Below are positions 41,101-54,344 of a stretch of 64,000 nucleotides of DNA, in pieces. The stretch's first letter is position 1; each line of letters begins with the position of its first letter. The notes below the pieces were generated by a model. It was not told the origin of the DNA, did not search any database, and saw only the letters and a list, made by a program, of their open reading frames with translations. A program made the translations under genes and the position numbers. The DNA is from Lytechinus pictus (taxonomy: Eukaryota): positions 6,572,001 through 6,636,000 of the forward strand of contig NW_026974141.1 in assembly GCF_037042905.1 (NCBI RefSeq). The letters are read 5' to 3'.

Positions 41101-42232
41101 GATGTTCGTTTGTAAATTATTCATGTTACTAAGGTAATCCGGGACTATTTTTATCGCAACTGTCATGAGTCGCACTGACGTCTGTCGTAAAGCTTGATAT
41201 CGCTTCTGTACTTGGAAGGAGCAGGAATTCAGTGCACCTGTATATTGATCTTTAGATTCTCACACTCTGGATAGGAAATCTATGTCCCAAAATTATTTTT
41301 TGTTTCCATTAAAACAACGTTTTTTCATCAAAATGTAGCTGTATGATGGATTCTAGATAACTTTGCAACCGTCATGCCGTTTCCAACTCAACTTTCCGTT
41401 TGAAAAAAAGCGCCAAAAATTATCAAACTTGAAATGAAAATGCTGTTAAATATGAACAATTTTACTTTTTACGGTCTGCTTCACGTTTAAGATATGCATT
41501 ATAATTTGGCGCGCTGAAAATTTTGGGCATTAACAAAACCTTTACCCCTCTCATTATTAGATTCATGGATCGGCAGTCCTTACTCTTACCTATATGTTTT
41601 TAATAACTTTAGCCTCAGACAGGGAATATTTAGCAGCAGAGGCATTTTCTTTACCATAAAGAATGACAAAAAAAACGGAGCGCTATTAAAAAATCACTGA
41701 CAGGTTTAGAGCGCTTAAAAAAAGAGCAAAACAAACAAACAACAAGGAGAGGTTTAGAGCGCTTTTGATAAATCACAGACAGGTTTAGAGTTAAAACTTA
41801 CATTTTATGGCATGAGTATTCTTATTTTCGTGGAAGTTTAAGTATATATTGAGATTACTTTATGAAACAAAGTTGCAAGGCAGTCTACTATATTGGAGAT
41901 CATTGACTTCTTCTACCAGCAGTATCTCTCATGCATTTAGATGATACTTTGCAAGGGAGCGTTTAGCGACCGAGCGAGAGAAGTTTCGAATGTCAATAGT
42001 AAAAACTTTGATTTAGAGCATTTGACGACGTGAATGGAATACTGCCCTAATTGATTATATACGCATACGGGGCATACATATATAAATATTTTTTTTTCTT
42101 AGTGGTCGGATATTTTTTATTTATTCTATTTATTTATTTTTTTTTTTTTTTTGGGGGGGGCATGAGTGATTTGTTACTTTTGCCAAGACTACTGGGCTGA
42201 GATTGCGCGATTGGAGTGGCAAAGGTAAAGGA

Positions 42233-42480
42233 ATAATAATAATATAGGGTATTTATATTGCGCACATATCCACCTTGTTAGGCGCTCAAGGCGCTCCTAT
42301 ATTACCCGGCTAAGCTAGGCGTTCAAAGCGCACACAGCTTCTTGAGGAATTACTTCCTACCGGTACCCATTTACCTCACCTGGGTTGAGTGCAGCACATT
42401 GTGGATCAGTTTCTTGCTGAAGAAATTACGCCCTGGCTGAGATTCGAACCCACGACCCTCTGTTTCAAAGTCCGGAGACT
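42233..42480 (-). mobile_element. tRNA-derived SINE (family of 15873-16158)
   Basis: Minus-strand GGGTTCGAATCTC B box, shared body, (ATT)n tail. Confidence 0.8.
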
Positions 42481-44669
42481 TTCCTTTGATACTTTACAAA
42501 TGCAATGGAATATGGAAAATATACTTTACCGATGATTTATTCCTTATTTTTTGAATTCTTCTGCCGGAGATGAAAAAATGGCAGCCGTTTGTTGCTGCCC
42601 TCTATGTTCAATGAGTTGTGCTTTTCTCAAGGCTTTCCGATTAGAATTTTCGATATCCTGGCGAATCAATGCGAGCGTTAAGTTCCGAACGCACGCACAT
42701 AGAATACAAGCGCAAAGCACCGCAAAAATCGCGATATATAGCGACAAGTAAATACGTATGTAAGGATGATGACGTCATCCAAGATGGCAACTTACGTTGA
42801 CCAACGAAAGGATCGAAGATGACGATGTTTCGATCATCATTTGAAAGGCATTAGCGGTAACTGCGGTCTAAGGTACGATATTTCTGAATTTTATACATTT
42901 TTTCGTAAATGTGGATGTAATTTCTTTTTCATAATGTAACATTTTTTGAAGAAAAAAAAAGATCGGAAAATCGGGTTTCCGCCGAATGTTACATCTCACG
43001 TTACTGCTATAAATACGTTGTCTGTACAAACGAGCCTCCAAGCTCTTCAGTCTATGTATTGGTGATTGAGCCAACGCAGTTCAGCGGAACAACCAAAATA
43101 CAGAGACTGAAGCTTTTGGTCTATACAATGTAAAGCATTATATTTACATTGTCCCACGCGAAACTTTTCAGCAGGGATACCTGACCAGATTTAGGCAGTT
43201 TAAAAACGTGGCACTTTGAAGTCAAACAATTCAGAACTTGTAACCTCCTTGTCTGGTCTACTGCCCCCATTTTCAAGTCACTTATAAGAATAATATGCTT
43301 GATTCACATAAATTGCCTGAAAAAATTATTGCAAAGCTGAACATTTATGACAATACTACAGTGGCGTAGTTTGGCAACAATATTGAGAGGGAGGGGGCAA
43401 ATAATTATGATGCACGTAGTAAGGATGCGGACAAAGCGAGCGAACAAAATTTTCGACCTATCCAGTGAAAAAAAAATATAAATATATATATTTCTTGATA
43501 GATTTTTACATAATACCCCCTCCTACTTGGTCGCAATGCATTTGGCTACTGCCTCAATTTTCAAGTCACTTATAGGAATAATATGCTTCATTCACATGTT
43601 TGTTGTATTTTCCATTTCATGACCATGTAAATGGGTGACTTATTACCTTTGTTTAAATAGAAATTTGGTTCTGCTTGGTGTAACAAAAAGAAAATAAGAA
43701 CATTTCTTGTCTCTATTGTGTAGCTTGTTGGGATAAATCCACTCTTAGTATTATGTGTGTACACTGTACACAACTTATACTTATCAGCAGGGTTAGAAAA
43801 AAAAATGAAGGGGAGACATGACGCGTGGAGCAAAATTTCGAAAAAAAATGCGAGCGAATAAAATTTATGACCCTTTTGATACGAATATAAAAATTGTTGA
43901 TAGTTTTGACATATCATTCAGAAAAAAATAATCATATTTCACCCTTTCCCCTTCCTTTCCTTTTCTCTTTGTTTTTATCTTGGTCGTGAAACTCCCAAAT
44001 CTGCTTGCGAGTTTAGATGATACATTAAATATAAAACATCCAAACAATTTGGTCAGAATAGCTGACACGCACTCCACAATTGTGAAAAAAAAGACATATT
44101 CCCACCGCTGCATCCCTCACGTTGATTTAAAAAATATTCTGAATACAAATTGTCTGTCTGTAGGACATGGGGGCATTTACAGAGTCCCTTAAAAATTGAA
44201 GAAGAAACAACAGTGAAATGTGAATTTATTATATTTTCATTGAAAGTGATCAAAAATGTTCGTTGCCTCGCGACTTTTGTTCCCACATAGGCCTATGCCA
44301 TGTCACGCCCTCTCAAAATGTTTTGCTCACTCCACTCTTCCAAATAAAATGAAATATATGTATCACTTACGGGTACAAAGGAAATAAATAGATGTATACA
44401 AGCGTACGTACGCACAATCACGCATTGTTTCATAACTATTTCTGATGATGAACCTTTTGTTCTACACACCCACCCATACACAAAACATATACATACATAT
44501 ATATAGATATATATATATATATTAAAGTTTCACGTATTGGCTTCTGTAAGGTAACAAAATAATGGTGAAAATAATGCTTTGATTACCAATAAAACTCTAT
44601 TGGCAATCAAAGCATTATCGTCAGCTTTATTTTGTTACATATATAGATAGATATATATATATAGATATA

Positions 44670-45573
44670 TGATTTCTTTGAAAGGTGAGTTTCGCAATCC
44701 ATATGCCCATGAACAGACGTGTTTTTCACGACTGTTTCAGGAACGGATTTTGAATTCTCGATTTATTTTATTTTATTCATTTATTTTTTTTTTTTCATTT
44801 TCATTTTGCAGTCATGGCAACGCGTCTTTAGATGCATATTCTACAGTGCGCTTCCCCCATCTTCAGCGCCTTGATTTCTTTGAAAGATACATTTCAGAAT
44901 ATGTACGCCCTTGAACAGACGTGTTTTTCACGACTGTTTCAGAAACGGATTTTTTGTTGGTCACAACATGGCGCTGACGAAGAGTGTGACTTTAACTTTC
45001 ATTTTTGAGAACTACGCTCCTTTTAAAATCTACGATTTTATTTTTACGGCATTTACTAAACGAATATAAACATAACATATATAAGAGTGGGACATTATCT
45101 TTTACTTTTGAGAGCTACGCTCCTTTTGAAATCTCCGATTTTATTTCTACGGCATTTACTACACCATTGTAATTATTCTTTTCCATATGGCGATGGAGAT
45201 TATTATCATTTTACTCATGTACTTATTACTGCTGAACCTCGACTGTTGGCGGTGAGGCCCTTTTCAGATTTTCCTGTTTTCGGAGCCGGAGATTTGCCAT
45301 TGTCATATTGCAGTCATGGCAACGCGTCTTTAGATGCATCTTTTACAGTGCGCTTTCCCCATCTTCAGCGCCTTGATTTCTTTGAAAGATAACTTTCAGA
45401 ATCTGTACGCCCTTGAACAGACGTGTTTTTCACGACTGTTTCAGAAACGGATTTTTAATTCTCTTTTTTTTCACATCATAGGCGCTGACGAAGAGTGTGA
45501 CTTTAACTTTCATTTTTGAGAGCTAAGCTCCTTTTAAGATCTACGATTTTTATTTCTACGGCATTTACTAAAC

Positions 45574-45580
<7 letters not shown>
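44670..45580. repeat. Locally triplicated ~200-300-bp unit, also present twice at 40260-40780
   Basis: Recurrent CAGACGTGTTTTTCACGACTGTTTCAGAAACGGATTTT at ~40260, 40615, 44713, 44916 and 45418. Confidence 0.8.
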
Positions 45581-45604
<24 letters not shown>

Positions 45605-45646
45605 ACTAAATACACCGCAAATACATTTGTGACAATGACTTTAGTC

Positions 45647-45900
45647 CTAACCTGGTTTGTAGCATCCGACGAATGCTTGGTATTTCACTGAGCAGTTTCG
45701 GTAGTGAGTAACTTTTTATTTGTTCTCGTACACATCTGTCATACTGATCGAGCTGACATATTCAAAGACATGTTAACATCGCTGAAACCAAATTTGGTGA
45801 CAGAAATATACGACACGAATATACTGCTTGTTAGACCAATCATAACCAAAACGAGAATCAAAAGGAAGATACAGTTTTATTCAAATGTTACTCAAACTAC
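45647..45900 (-). pseudogene. Cassette 9
   Basis: SSISMTDVYENK*KVTHYRNC(15-nt in-frame deletion)SVKYQAFVGCYKPG|GTTAG; last exon base 45652. Confidence 0.7.
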
Positions 45901-47129
45901 TTGATGTAAGACAAAACAATGGTCGCCAGGAAGACATTTATCAACAGAGAATACTTGCAAATTATGTAAAAGATGTATTATTCATTCTGACCTACTCATG
46001 ATAGTTCTAAGTGAGCTAATTTCACACGATATAACCAACATTTGCGATGATTTTTGTAACTCATATTCCTGGGACCAATTTGATGACATGTCTTCAAAAT
46101 ATACTGCTTTTTGATGGAAAATGGATATGAATTATGGTAAAAAAAAGCAGTAAGCCCCAATCCCGATTTCGAATACTGCGTGACACGACTAAAGAAAAAT
46201 ATATCAATATCGACTAGTTATATTCAAAGGCCTCGTATCTACCTATGCAGCGCATATACTGTGACCAGTGTAAATGCAGCATATCTATATTAAAAGAATA
46301 CAAGAGGTAATGGGATAATATTATTCTATGGAAAATTTTAGAAACAAAGCAATTACTTTGCCAAAACAACTGGGCTTGCATTGCGCAATTGGAGTGGCAA
46401 AGGCAAAGGTAAAGTAATGATACTATCAACTGGTAAATTTTAGCAGCGATTTTATGTAAAAATTAATTATACATATACGCAGATTTATTAGGTAACTTAT
46501 TTTAAATAATTAAACATATTTATTCACTCTTTAAGATCAGTGATTTTTTTGCGACTTTCAATCCCCCAAAGTCTTCCCAATGTATCTGCGTCGTCTCTAT
46601 AATTTTGCTGTTGTTGAGACGTCACAGAGAACGCACAACGGACTGCCGAGATAACAGTCTCTCAGACTGTGCTTTGTTGGAAGTCGGAGAGAGATAGCGC
46701 TTTAAAGCTGAGCATCAATTCTAGGTCCTTGCCTCACTGCCCAGCCGTGCAGCAACACACGGTTGCGTTGCCAGAAGGATGGTTCACTCGATACGCGCAT
46801 GGAGTGGAAATGCGCGCGCAATTTGGTTGGCATCCCCATGAAAACACGAACCGGTATAATACTCTCTCTCTGATTAATTGTGGAATTTTGATAAAGAAAC
46901 GGATTATGACAATGGTAAATTGAAATGATAAAATACCAAAATATATGAAATATGAAATAAATATGTACCGCATTTCAAAATTAAAACCAATTACTGAATT
47001 ATCAATGACAAAAATGTAATCTTCGGAAAACCAGATTGAATTATGTTACTAAATTAAACCCAATTTCACCCTGCTTTTGCCAAGCTCATTATGTGACCCA
47101 TAAAATCCTCTTAAAGTAGTGTTTTCTAG

Positions 47130-48115
47130 TGTGGCGGCGCAGCTTTGCAAGACGGCCGGTGGCCGCCCACCGTTTTGTGCTGCCCACGTACAAAGAAAGG
47201 AGTCGAGAAATGACCTATTCGAACGAAGAGATGAAGTAAAGTTGTACATGTTTATTTTAATCAGTGTCATATCAATATGTTGGTACAATATAGTAACGTC
47301 GCAATTCTGGATCGGACGACCGACAGTGGGGTATAACTAAACCGGCATGGCCTACGGCAGCAAAACAAATAGTGAACGAATCTAACTACCCGGCCCGACC
47401 TAGCACACACCCTTTTTATCCTTCTTGGCTCAAATACCACGTGGCGAGAATCCCTTCCCCAAATCGGTCCTATCACTTTTGGTACAATGCGCCAAATGAA
47501 TCCGCCTGTAATCTTAGTGTATAAAATGGAACTAATTATTGTGCGTACTCTGATTTCAAATTCAAGTTCATCGGCTTTCATTATTCTTCTCTCTTACGTA
47601 ACTCTCTCTTCACCACATCCCAACTGCTCTCTGATCAACTTATCCTCTCTCTGCGACTCCCATACTTTAACCACTCATACTAGAGCTCTCTCATCTACTC
47701 TCTTACTCAATTATCTCGTTCTACGACTCTTCTATCTTACAACTGAGATATCTTTCCCACCTGTTCATTCTATCTCTCTTTAGTCGCTGAAGAATGCAAG
47801 CGAGCCGGAGAACAGGAAATCAGAAGCAGAACAGAAAAAAATATAAGTTCATCTGGACTGTCCATAAATTCTAATTTAGTATTCAATTCTACTCTTCCAA
47901 ATCCATTGCGTTCCGAAAAAATACTACTTCTAAATCCTAGACAACCCTAACGTCTAGCAACCATCCAGTTTGAATTCCTTCACTACCACATTCTAAACAC
48001 ATTCGGCCTGGCCAAGAAAAAAAAAGGAACTAAAAATAACCATTATGGAATGTAAACAATGCAAGAAGGCAAACGAACTTTTTTTAAAAAAATCTTAATT
48101 TTCCACCCCGCCATA
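47130..48115. mobile_element. Solo LTR (Gypsy-like, ~986 bp)
   Basis: TGTGGCGG...CCGCCATA termini and 4-bp TSD CTAG. An empty paralogous site TTCTAGTGAAGTATACAGTTG lies at ~34842-34862. Confidence 0.8.
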
Positions 48116-51100
48116 CTAGTATAGTGTACAGTTGGTTTAAGTTGACAAGTTTGTACACCAAATATGATGATTAAAAACGATCTATATGTTTATATCTTTT
48201 TCAAAAATACAAATTAAAATAATGAAAAAACATTGTACGTATTGATCATGATTTTAACATGTTGAATGTCATTATAATGCTAAGTACACGTGAGTTTGAT
48301 TCCTGCTCCAGGGAAATTTCGCTGCAACACACTTATCGTGACCGCGCCGAGCCTCATTGCACTCGTCGCGCGCGTCCGGGTCGGCGCGTATGTACGGTTG
48401 GCTGGGATATGCATGCAAACCGGGACTGATGCTAGCAAAATCAAAATGTGTGTAAAGTTATAGAATGACATAGTAGCTGTAACATTAAAATGTAATGGCA
48501 GGCTTTCACTTTGTAGCTTACAGCACCTGTCAGAACATACTTGTCTCAATACTAACTCTGCGACCAGATAATTTTGGTTTAACGTTTATAGGACCATTAA
48601 TTTCTCTGGCTCGATCCCAATGTCTGGTGCCTAAATGATTGCATTTTCTGGGCCGCGGATTTGCGGAAATGATATGGTCTTTCTATATGTTTTTATTCCA
48701 ATCTACGTTAAAACCGAAAATTTAAATTCCAGCCTTCAACATAATATGGCATTGTGCTGCCTTATCGCCTCAAACAATGCAAGACCAAGTCCACATCATT
48801 TGGTGTCTATTTCAAGCTATGTCAAGTCGCAACGAGATGATAATCCTCCCTGTGCGGCGAGTACTGCATACGTATTGATGTGCCCGGGAAAGGTTCAGCG
48901 TGACAAGACCAGATGTTTAAGGTCTTGGCTATGTTTTTGGAATGTGTGGATTTGGTACGAGCAGCGATATTAAGTACAAGGTCGGTTAACCTATAATTTT
49001 TTTTAGGTAAACTGCAAGAATGACGAAAGCTTTTTCTCCTACATTTTTTCTAATACATTAACATTTAAACAATATTGTTTTATATATTTTCTTAAAGTTT
49101 TCATTATCACTAAAATTAGAAAATGAAACAAACGAACCCCCCTGTTACACCCACAAATGTAATAATCGCCCACAAATGTAATAACGCCCACAAATGTAAT
49201 AACACTTTACCCACAAATGTAATAACGCCCACAAATGTAATAACACTTTACCCACAAATGTAATAATTTCACCCACAAATGTAATAATGCACTTTACCCA
49301 CAAATGTAATAAATTTTGATCGCCCACAAATGTAATAATGACTTTACCCACAAATGTAATAAATTTGAAGGGATTTTTGGCGAATCCGTTCTAAACTAAA
49401 ATCCTATAGTAATGCGTTCATATAGCACAAAAGTGCAAAGTCTTTTTTCCAGACCCGGTTAATAAAACATTATAGTACAAGTCCAAGGTCTTTTTCCAGA
49501 CCCGGTTGTTTAAAAAATTATAATGTAAGTCCAAAGTGTTTCTTCCAGACCCGGTTGTTTAAAAAATTATAACATACGTCCAAAGTCTTTTTTCCAGACC
49601 CGGTTGTTTGAAAAATTATTACATAAGTCCAAACTAAGATACGATAATGATATTCGAGTGGTATAAAAATGAGAATCAAGCTTAGTCTTTTCTCCAGACC
49701 CAGTTAATTAAAACTGGTGGAAAAGTAACAAAGACCCCAACTCTCTTATTAATGTTGAATAACATAGAAATATAGTGTAGTCTTTCATCCAGACCCAGAT
49801 CTTTCAAATATAAATGAATAATAATAATAAATTAGTAATAATAAAAAAGCAAGCAAAGACCCACGATCCTATTTATGTTGAATAACATGGAAATATAGCG
49901 TAGTCTTTCCTCAAGACCCAGATCTTTCAAATAACAAATGAATAATAATAATAATAAATTAGTAATAATAAAAAGCCAACAAAGACCCACGATCCTATTT
50001 ATGTTGAATAACATGGAAGTATAGCGTAGTCTTTCCTCAAGACCCAGATCTTTCAAATAACAAATGAATAATAATAATAATAATAAATTAGTGATAATAA
50101 AAAAGAGAGAGTTTTCTTTATTCCAGACCTTGTCATTTTCAAAATATAAGATAAATGAAATCCTCATAACTAAGACACAATCCTATTATTGTGCCTGTTC
50201 AGCATGAATAAGATGATTGGGGGAGTATTTCATCAACATTTATGTCCGACAAGTTGTCAGATCTGACAACTGTCCTTGATGTTGATTGGCTAAGAAGCAG
50301 TGCTACCATGGTAAGTGTCGGATAAAACGTCAGACAACTCCTTTCATGAAATGCTCCCCGGGCTCTAAGTTTTGATGTTTTTTTTTTTATCATAAATGTC
50401 TTTGCCTGGAAGAAAAAGTGAATGTTTAATTACATCATTCATTACAGGATGTTAGGCTGGAAGAGGGATAATTTTTTTTTCTTTTTTTAATAAACAGGTC
50501 TGGTCAAATTAAGTATGCGTCATCACAAGGGTTGTATAGTTTGGAAGATGCTGGGGTCAAAGTTTTAAGATTAATGTTTCGCTTAATTTGTATTTTTAAG
50601 AGAACTGTGTGATTGTTAAAGAAAACACTCTAAGTCCAAGCATTTTAAGTGGGTTTAATTTTGAAGATTGGTCTTAGCTGTGATTTTTTTTCAATATTTG
50701 TTTATCTTTTAAATAACCGAGTCTAGACGAAAGACTAAGCATAATACTCGGGTTATTCCACAAGAATCAGAATATGACAAAGTCTTTTGTTTTTAAGATT
50801 GTTAAAATCATTTTTTAATTACTCGGTCTGGAATAAAGACAACGCTCTAAACATGTGCTTTTCTACATGCATGGTCTTAATTTGGAGGATTGTTGGTTCT
50901 CAGATTCGTTGTTGGGGGTTGGGTTTTATTGATTTTTTTATTCTTGAAATAATTGTGTCTGGAGGAAAGTCGATCTTCGACAGTCGGTCTTCATGTTATT
51001 CCACAGTAATTTTATTATTGGATATTCGTTTTAGAATATTTGTAAAAACTATTTTATTTTTTTAAATACTAACCAAGTCTGGAGAAAGGATGTTTGCTTA

Positions 51101-51138
51101 ACCCATGCATTATTACAATGTTTTGTAGGGGTCGTAGT

Positions 51139-51390
51139 CATGGGCGGAAATCCCAGGGGGACAGGGGGACGTGTCCCCCCTACTAAAAATAGTAGGGGGA
51201 CACACTATCAAATGTTCCCCCTATTATTTCTGGTCTTCTATGATGGTAAGAAATTCATCATTCAAAATCGAAATAAAACATGTATTTTAGGACGAGATGA
51301 CCTTACTTTCGGGTGATAACCTTTTTTTTTTGCTTGTCAAATTTTCCAGACCCTTGTCCCCCTACCTTTTGGAAGAGATTTCCGCCCCTG
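51139..51390. mobile_element. hAT MITE nested in the foldback element
   Basis: TIR CA(T/G)GGGCGGAAATC; perfect 8-bp TSD GTCGTAGT. Confidence 0.9.
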
Positions 51391-52099
51391 GTCGTAGTAT
51401 TATTTTTTTTAAATGGGTGTGGGGTAAAGACATATTTTTTTGCTGGGTGAAACTTTGGAAAATTGGTCTTAGATTTGAAGTTTTTTAATTCATTTTTAGA
51501 ATAGCCGGGTCTGGAGGAAAGAGTACTCTTGATTCTCAATTTACCCTTAGCGCATATATTCACAATATACGCCGTATAAGTTAAAACAACAACAAAGACA
51601 TTAATTCCATTAGTTTTAATTAACTGGGTCTGGAGAAAAGACTAAGCTCGATTCTCATTTTTATTCCACTGGAATATCATTATCGTATCTTAGTATGGAC
51701 TTATATTAAAATTCTTGAAATAAACAGGTCTGGAAAAAGACTTCGGACTTATATTAACATTTTTTAAACAACCGGGTCTGGAAAAAGACTTGGACTTATA
51801 TTGTAATTGTTTAATTATCCAGGTCTGGAAAGATGACTGCACTTTTGTGCTATATGAACGCAGTGCTATAGGGTTTAGTTTTAATTTTAAGTAACCGGGT
51901 CTGGAGAAAAGACTACGCTTGATTCTCAATTTACTCTTAGCGCATATATTCACAATATATGCCATATAAGTTGGAACAACAATAAAGACATTAATTCCAC
52001 CAGTTTTAATTAACTGGGTCTTGAGAAAAGACTAAGCTCGATTCTCATTTTTTTTCCACTGGAATATCATTATTGTATCTTAGTTTGAACTTATATTAA

Positions 52100-53800
52100 G
52101 ATTTTTGAAACAACCGGGTCTGAAAAAAGACTTTGGACTTATATTATTATTTTTGAAACAACCGGGTCTGGAAAAAAAGTCTTTGGACATATATTATATT
52201 TTTGGAAACAACCGGGTCTGGAAAAAAGACTTTGGACTTATATTATTATTTTTGAAACAACCGGGTCTGGAAAAAAAGACTTTGGACATATATTATAATT
52301 TTTGAAACAACCGGGTCTGGAAAAAGACTTTGGACCTATATTATTATTTTTGAAACAACCGGGTCTGGAAAAAAAAGACTTTGGACATATATTATATTTT
52401 TTGAAACAACCGGGTCTGGAAAAAAGACTTTGGACTTATATTATTATTTTTGAAACAACCGGGTCTGGAAAAAAAGACTTTGGACATATATTATAATTTT
52501 TGAAACAACCGGGTCTGGAAAAAGACTTTGGACCTATATTATTATTTTTGAAACAACCGGGTCTGGAAAAAAAAGACTTTGGACATATATTATAATTTTT
52601 GAAACAACGGGGTCTGGAAAAAGACTTTGGACTTATATTATAATTTTTTAAACAACCGGGTCTGAAAAAAAGACTTTGGACTTATATTATTATTTTTGAA
52701 ACAACCGGGTCTGGAAAAAAAGACTTTGGACATATATTATTATTTTTGAAACAACCGGGTCTGGAAAAACACTTTGGACTTATATTATAATTATTGAAAC
52801 AACCGGGTCTGAAAAAAAGACTTTGGACTTATATTATAATTTTTGAAACAACCGGGTCTGGAAAAAAAGACTTTGGACTTATATTATATTTTTTGAAACA
52901 ACCGGGTCTGGAAAAAAGACTTTGAACTTATATTATTATTTTTGAAACAACCGGGTCTGAAAAAAAGACTTTGGACTTATATTATTATTTTTGAAACAAC
53001 CGGGTCTGGAAAAACACTTTGGACTTATATTATAATTATTGAAACAACCGGGTCTGAAAAAAAGACTTTGGACTTATATTATAATTTTTGAAACAACCGG
53101 GTCTGGAAAAAAAGACTTTGGACTTATATTATATTTTTTGAAACAACCGGGTCTGGAAAAAAGACTTTGAACTTATATTATTATTTTTGAAACAACCGGG
53201 TCTGAAAAAAAGACTTTGGACTTATATTATAATTTTTGAAACAACCGGGTCTGGAAAAAAAGACTTTGGACATATATTATAATTTTTGAAACAACCGGGT
53301 CTGGAAAAAGACTTTGGACCTATATTATTATTTTTTAAACAACCGGGTCTGGAGAAAAAAGACTTTGGACATATATTATAATTTTTGAAACAACGGGGTC
53401 TGGAAAAAGACTTTGGACTTATATTATAATTTTTTAAACAACCGGGTCTGAAAAAAAGACTTTGGACTTATATTATTATTTTTGAAACAACCGGGTCTGG
53501 AAAAAAAGACTTTGGACATATATTATATTTTTTGAAACAACCGGGTCTGGAAAAACACTTTGGACTTATATTATAATTATTGAAACAACCGGGTCTGAAA
53601 AAAAGACTTTGGACTTATATTATAATTTTTGTAACAAGTGGGTCTGGAAAAAAGACTTTGGATTTATATTACAATTTTTTAAACAACCGGGTCTGGAAAA
53701 AAGACTTTGGACGTATATTATAATTTTGAAACAACCGGGTCTGGAAAAAGACTTTGGACTTGTACTATAATGTTTTATTAACCGGATCTGGAAAAAAGAC
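52100..53800. repeat. ~49-bp tandem minisatellite, about 35 copies
   Basis: Unit TTTGAAACAACCGGGTCTGGAAAAAAGACTTTGGACTTATATTATAATT. Confidence 0.95.
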
Positions 53801-54344
53801 TTTGCACATTTGTGCTTTATGAAGGCATTACTATAGGATTTTAGTTTAGAACGGATTCGCCAAAAATCCCTTCAAATTTATTACATTTGTGGGTAAAGTC
53901 ATTATTACATTTGTGGGCGATCAAAAATTATTACATTTGTGGGTAAAGTGCATTATTACATTTGTGGGTGAAATTATTACATTTGTGGGTAAAGTGTTAT
54001 TACATTTGTGGGCGTTATTACATTTGTGGGTAAAGTGTTATTACGTTTGTGGGCGTTATTACATTTGTGGGCGTTATTACATTTGTGGGTGCAACACCCC
54101 CCCCCCAAAAAAAAAAAAAAAAAAAAAAAATCCTCTACAATCTAGCCTAAAAGTGCCCTGAGAGAAAATGGTCACAAAACCTTAGCAAAGAGGACCTTTC
54201 TAAAAGTAACATTGCCACGCTGAGCTCTTCTACGTTCATAGTCATGAATCAATGCAATACATGATACATGTAAGAGCACGACCACACTCGGTACACGCAC
54301 ACCAATTATTACATCGGCGTCTCCTACCAAAGCTACCAAGAGTT

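Larger units (their letters stand above)
49143..54096. mobile_element. 5-kb foldback element with TGT...ACA termini (Ginger-like?) carrying internal satellites
   Basis: TGTTACACCC...GGGTGCAACA inserted in a poly-C run. Each arm begins with ~11 copies of CCCACAAATGTAATAA; the arms are complementary for several hundred bp. No ORF. Confidence 0.75.

Noticed and set aside
49145-54161. ORFs LLHLWVK... and MKQPGLEK...
   Set aside because: They are translations of minisatellite units.
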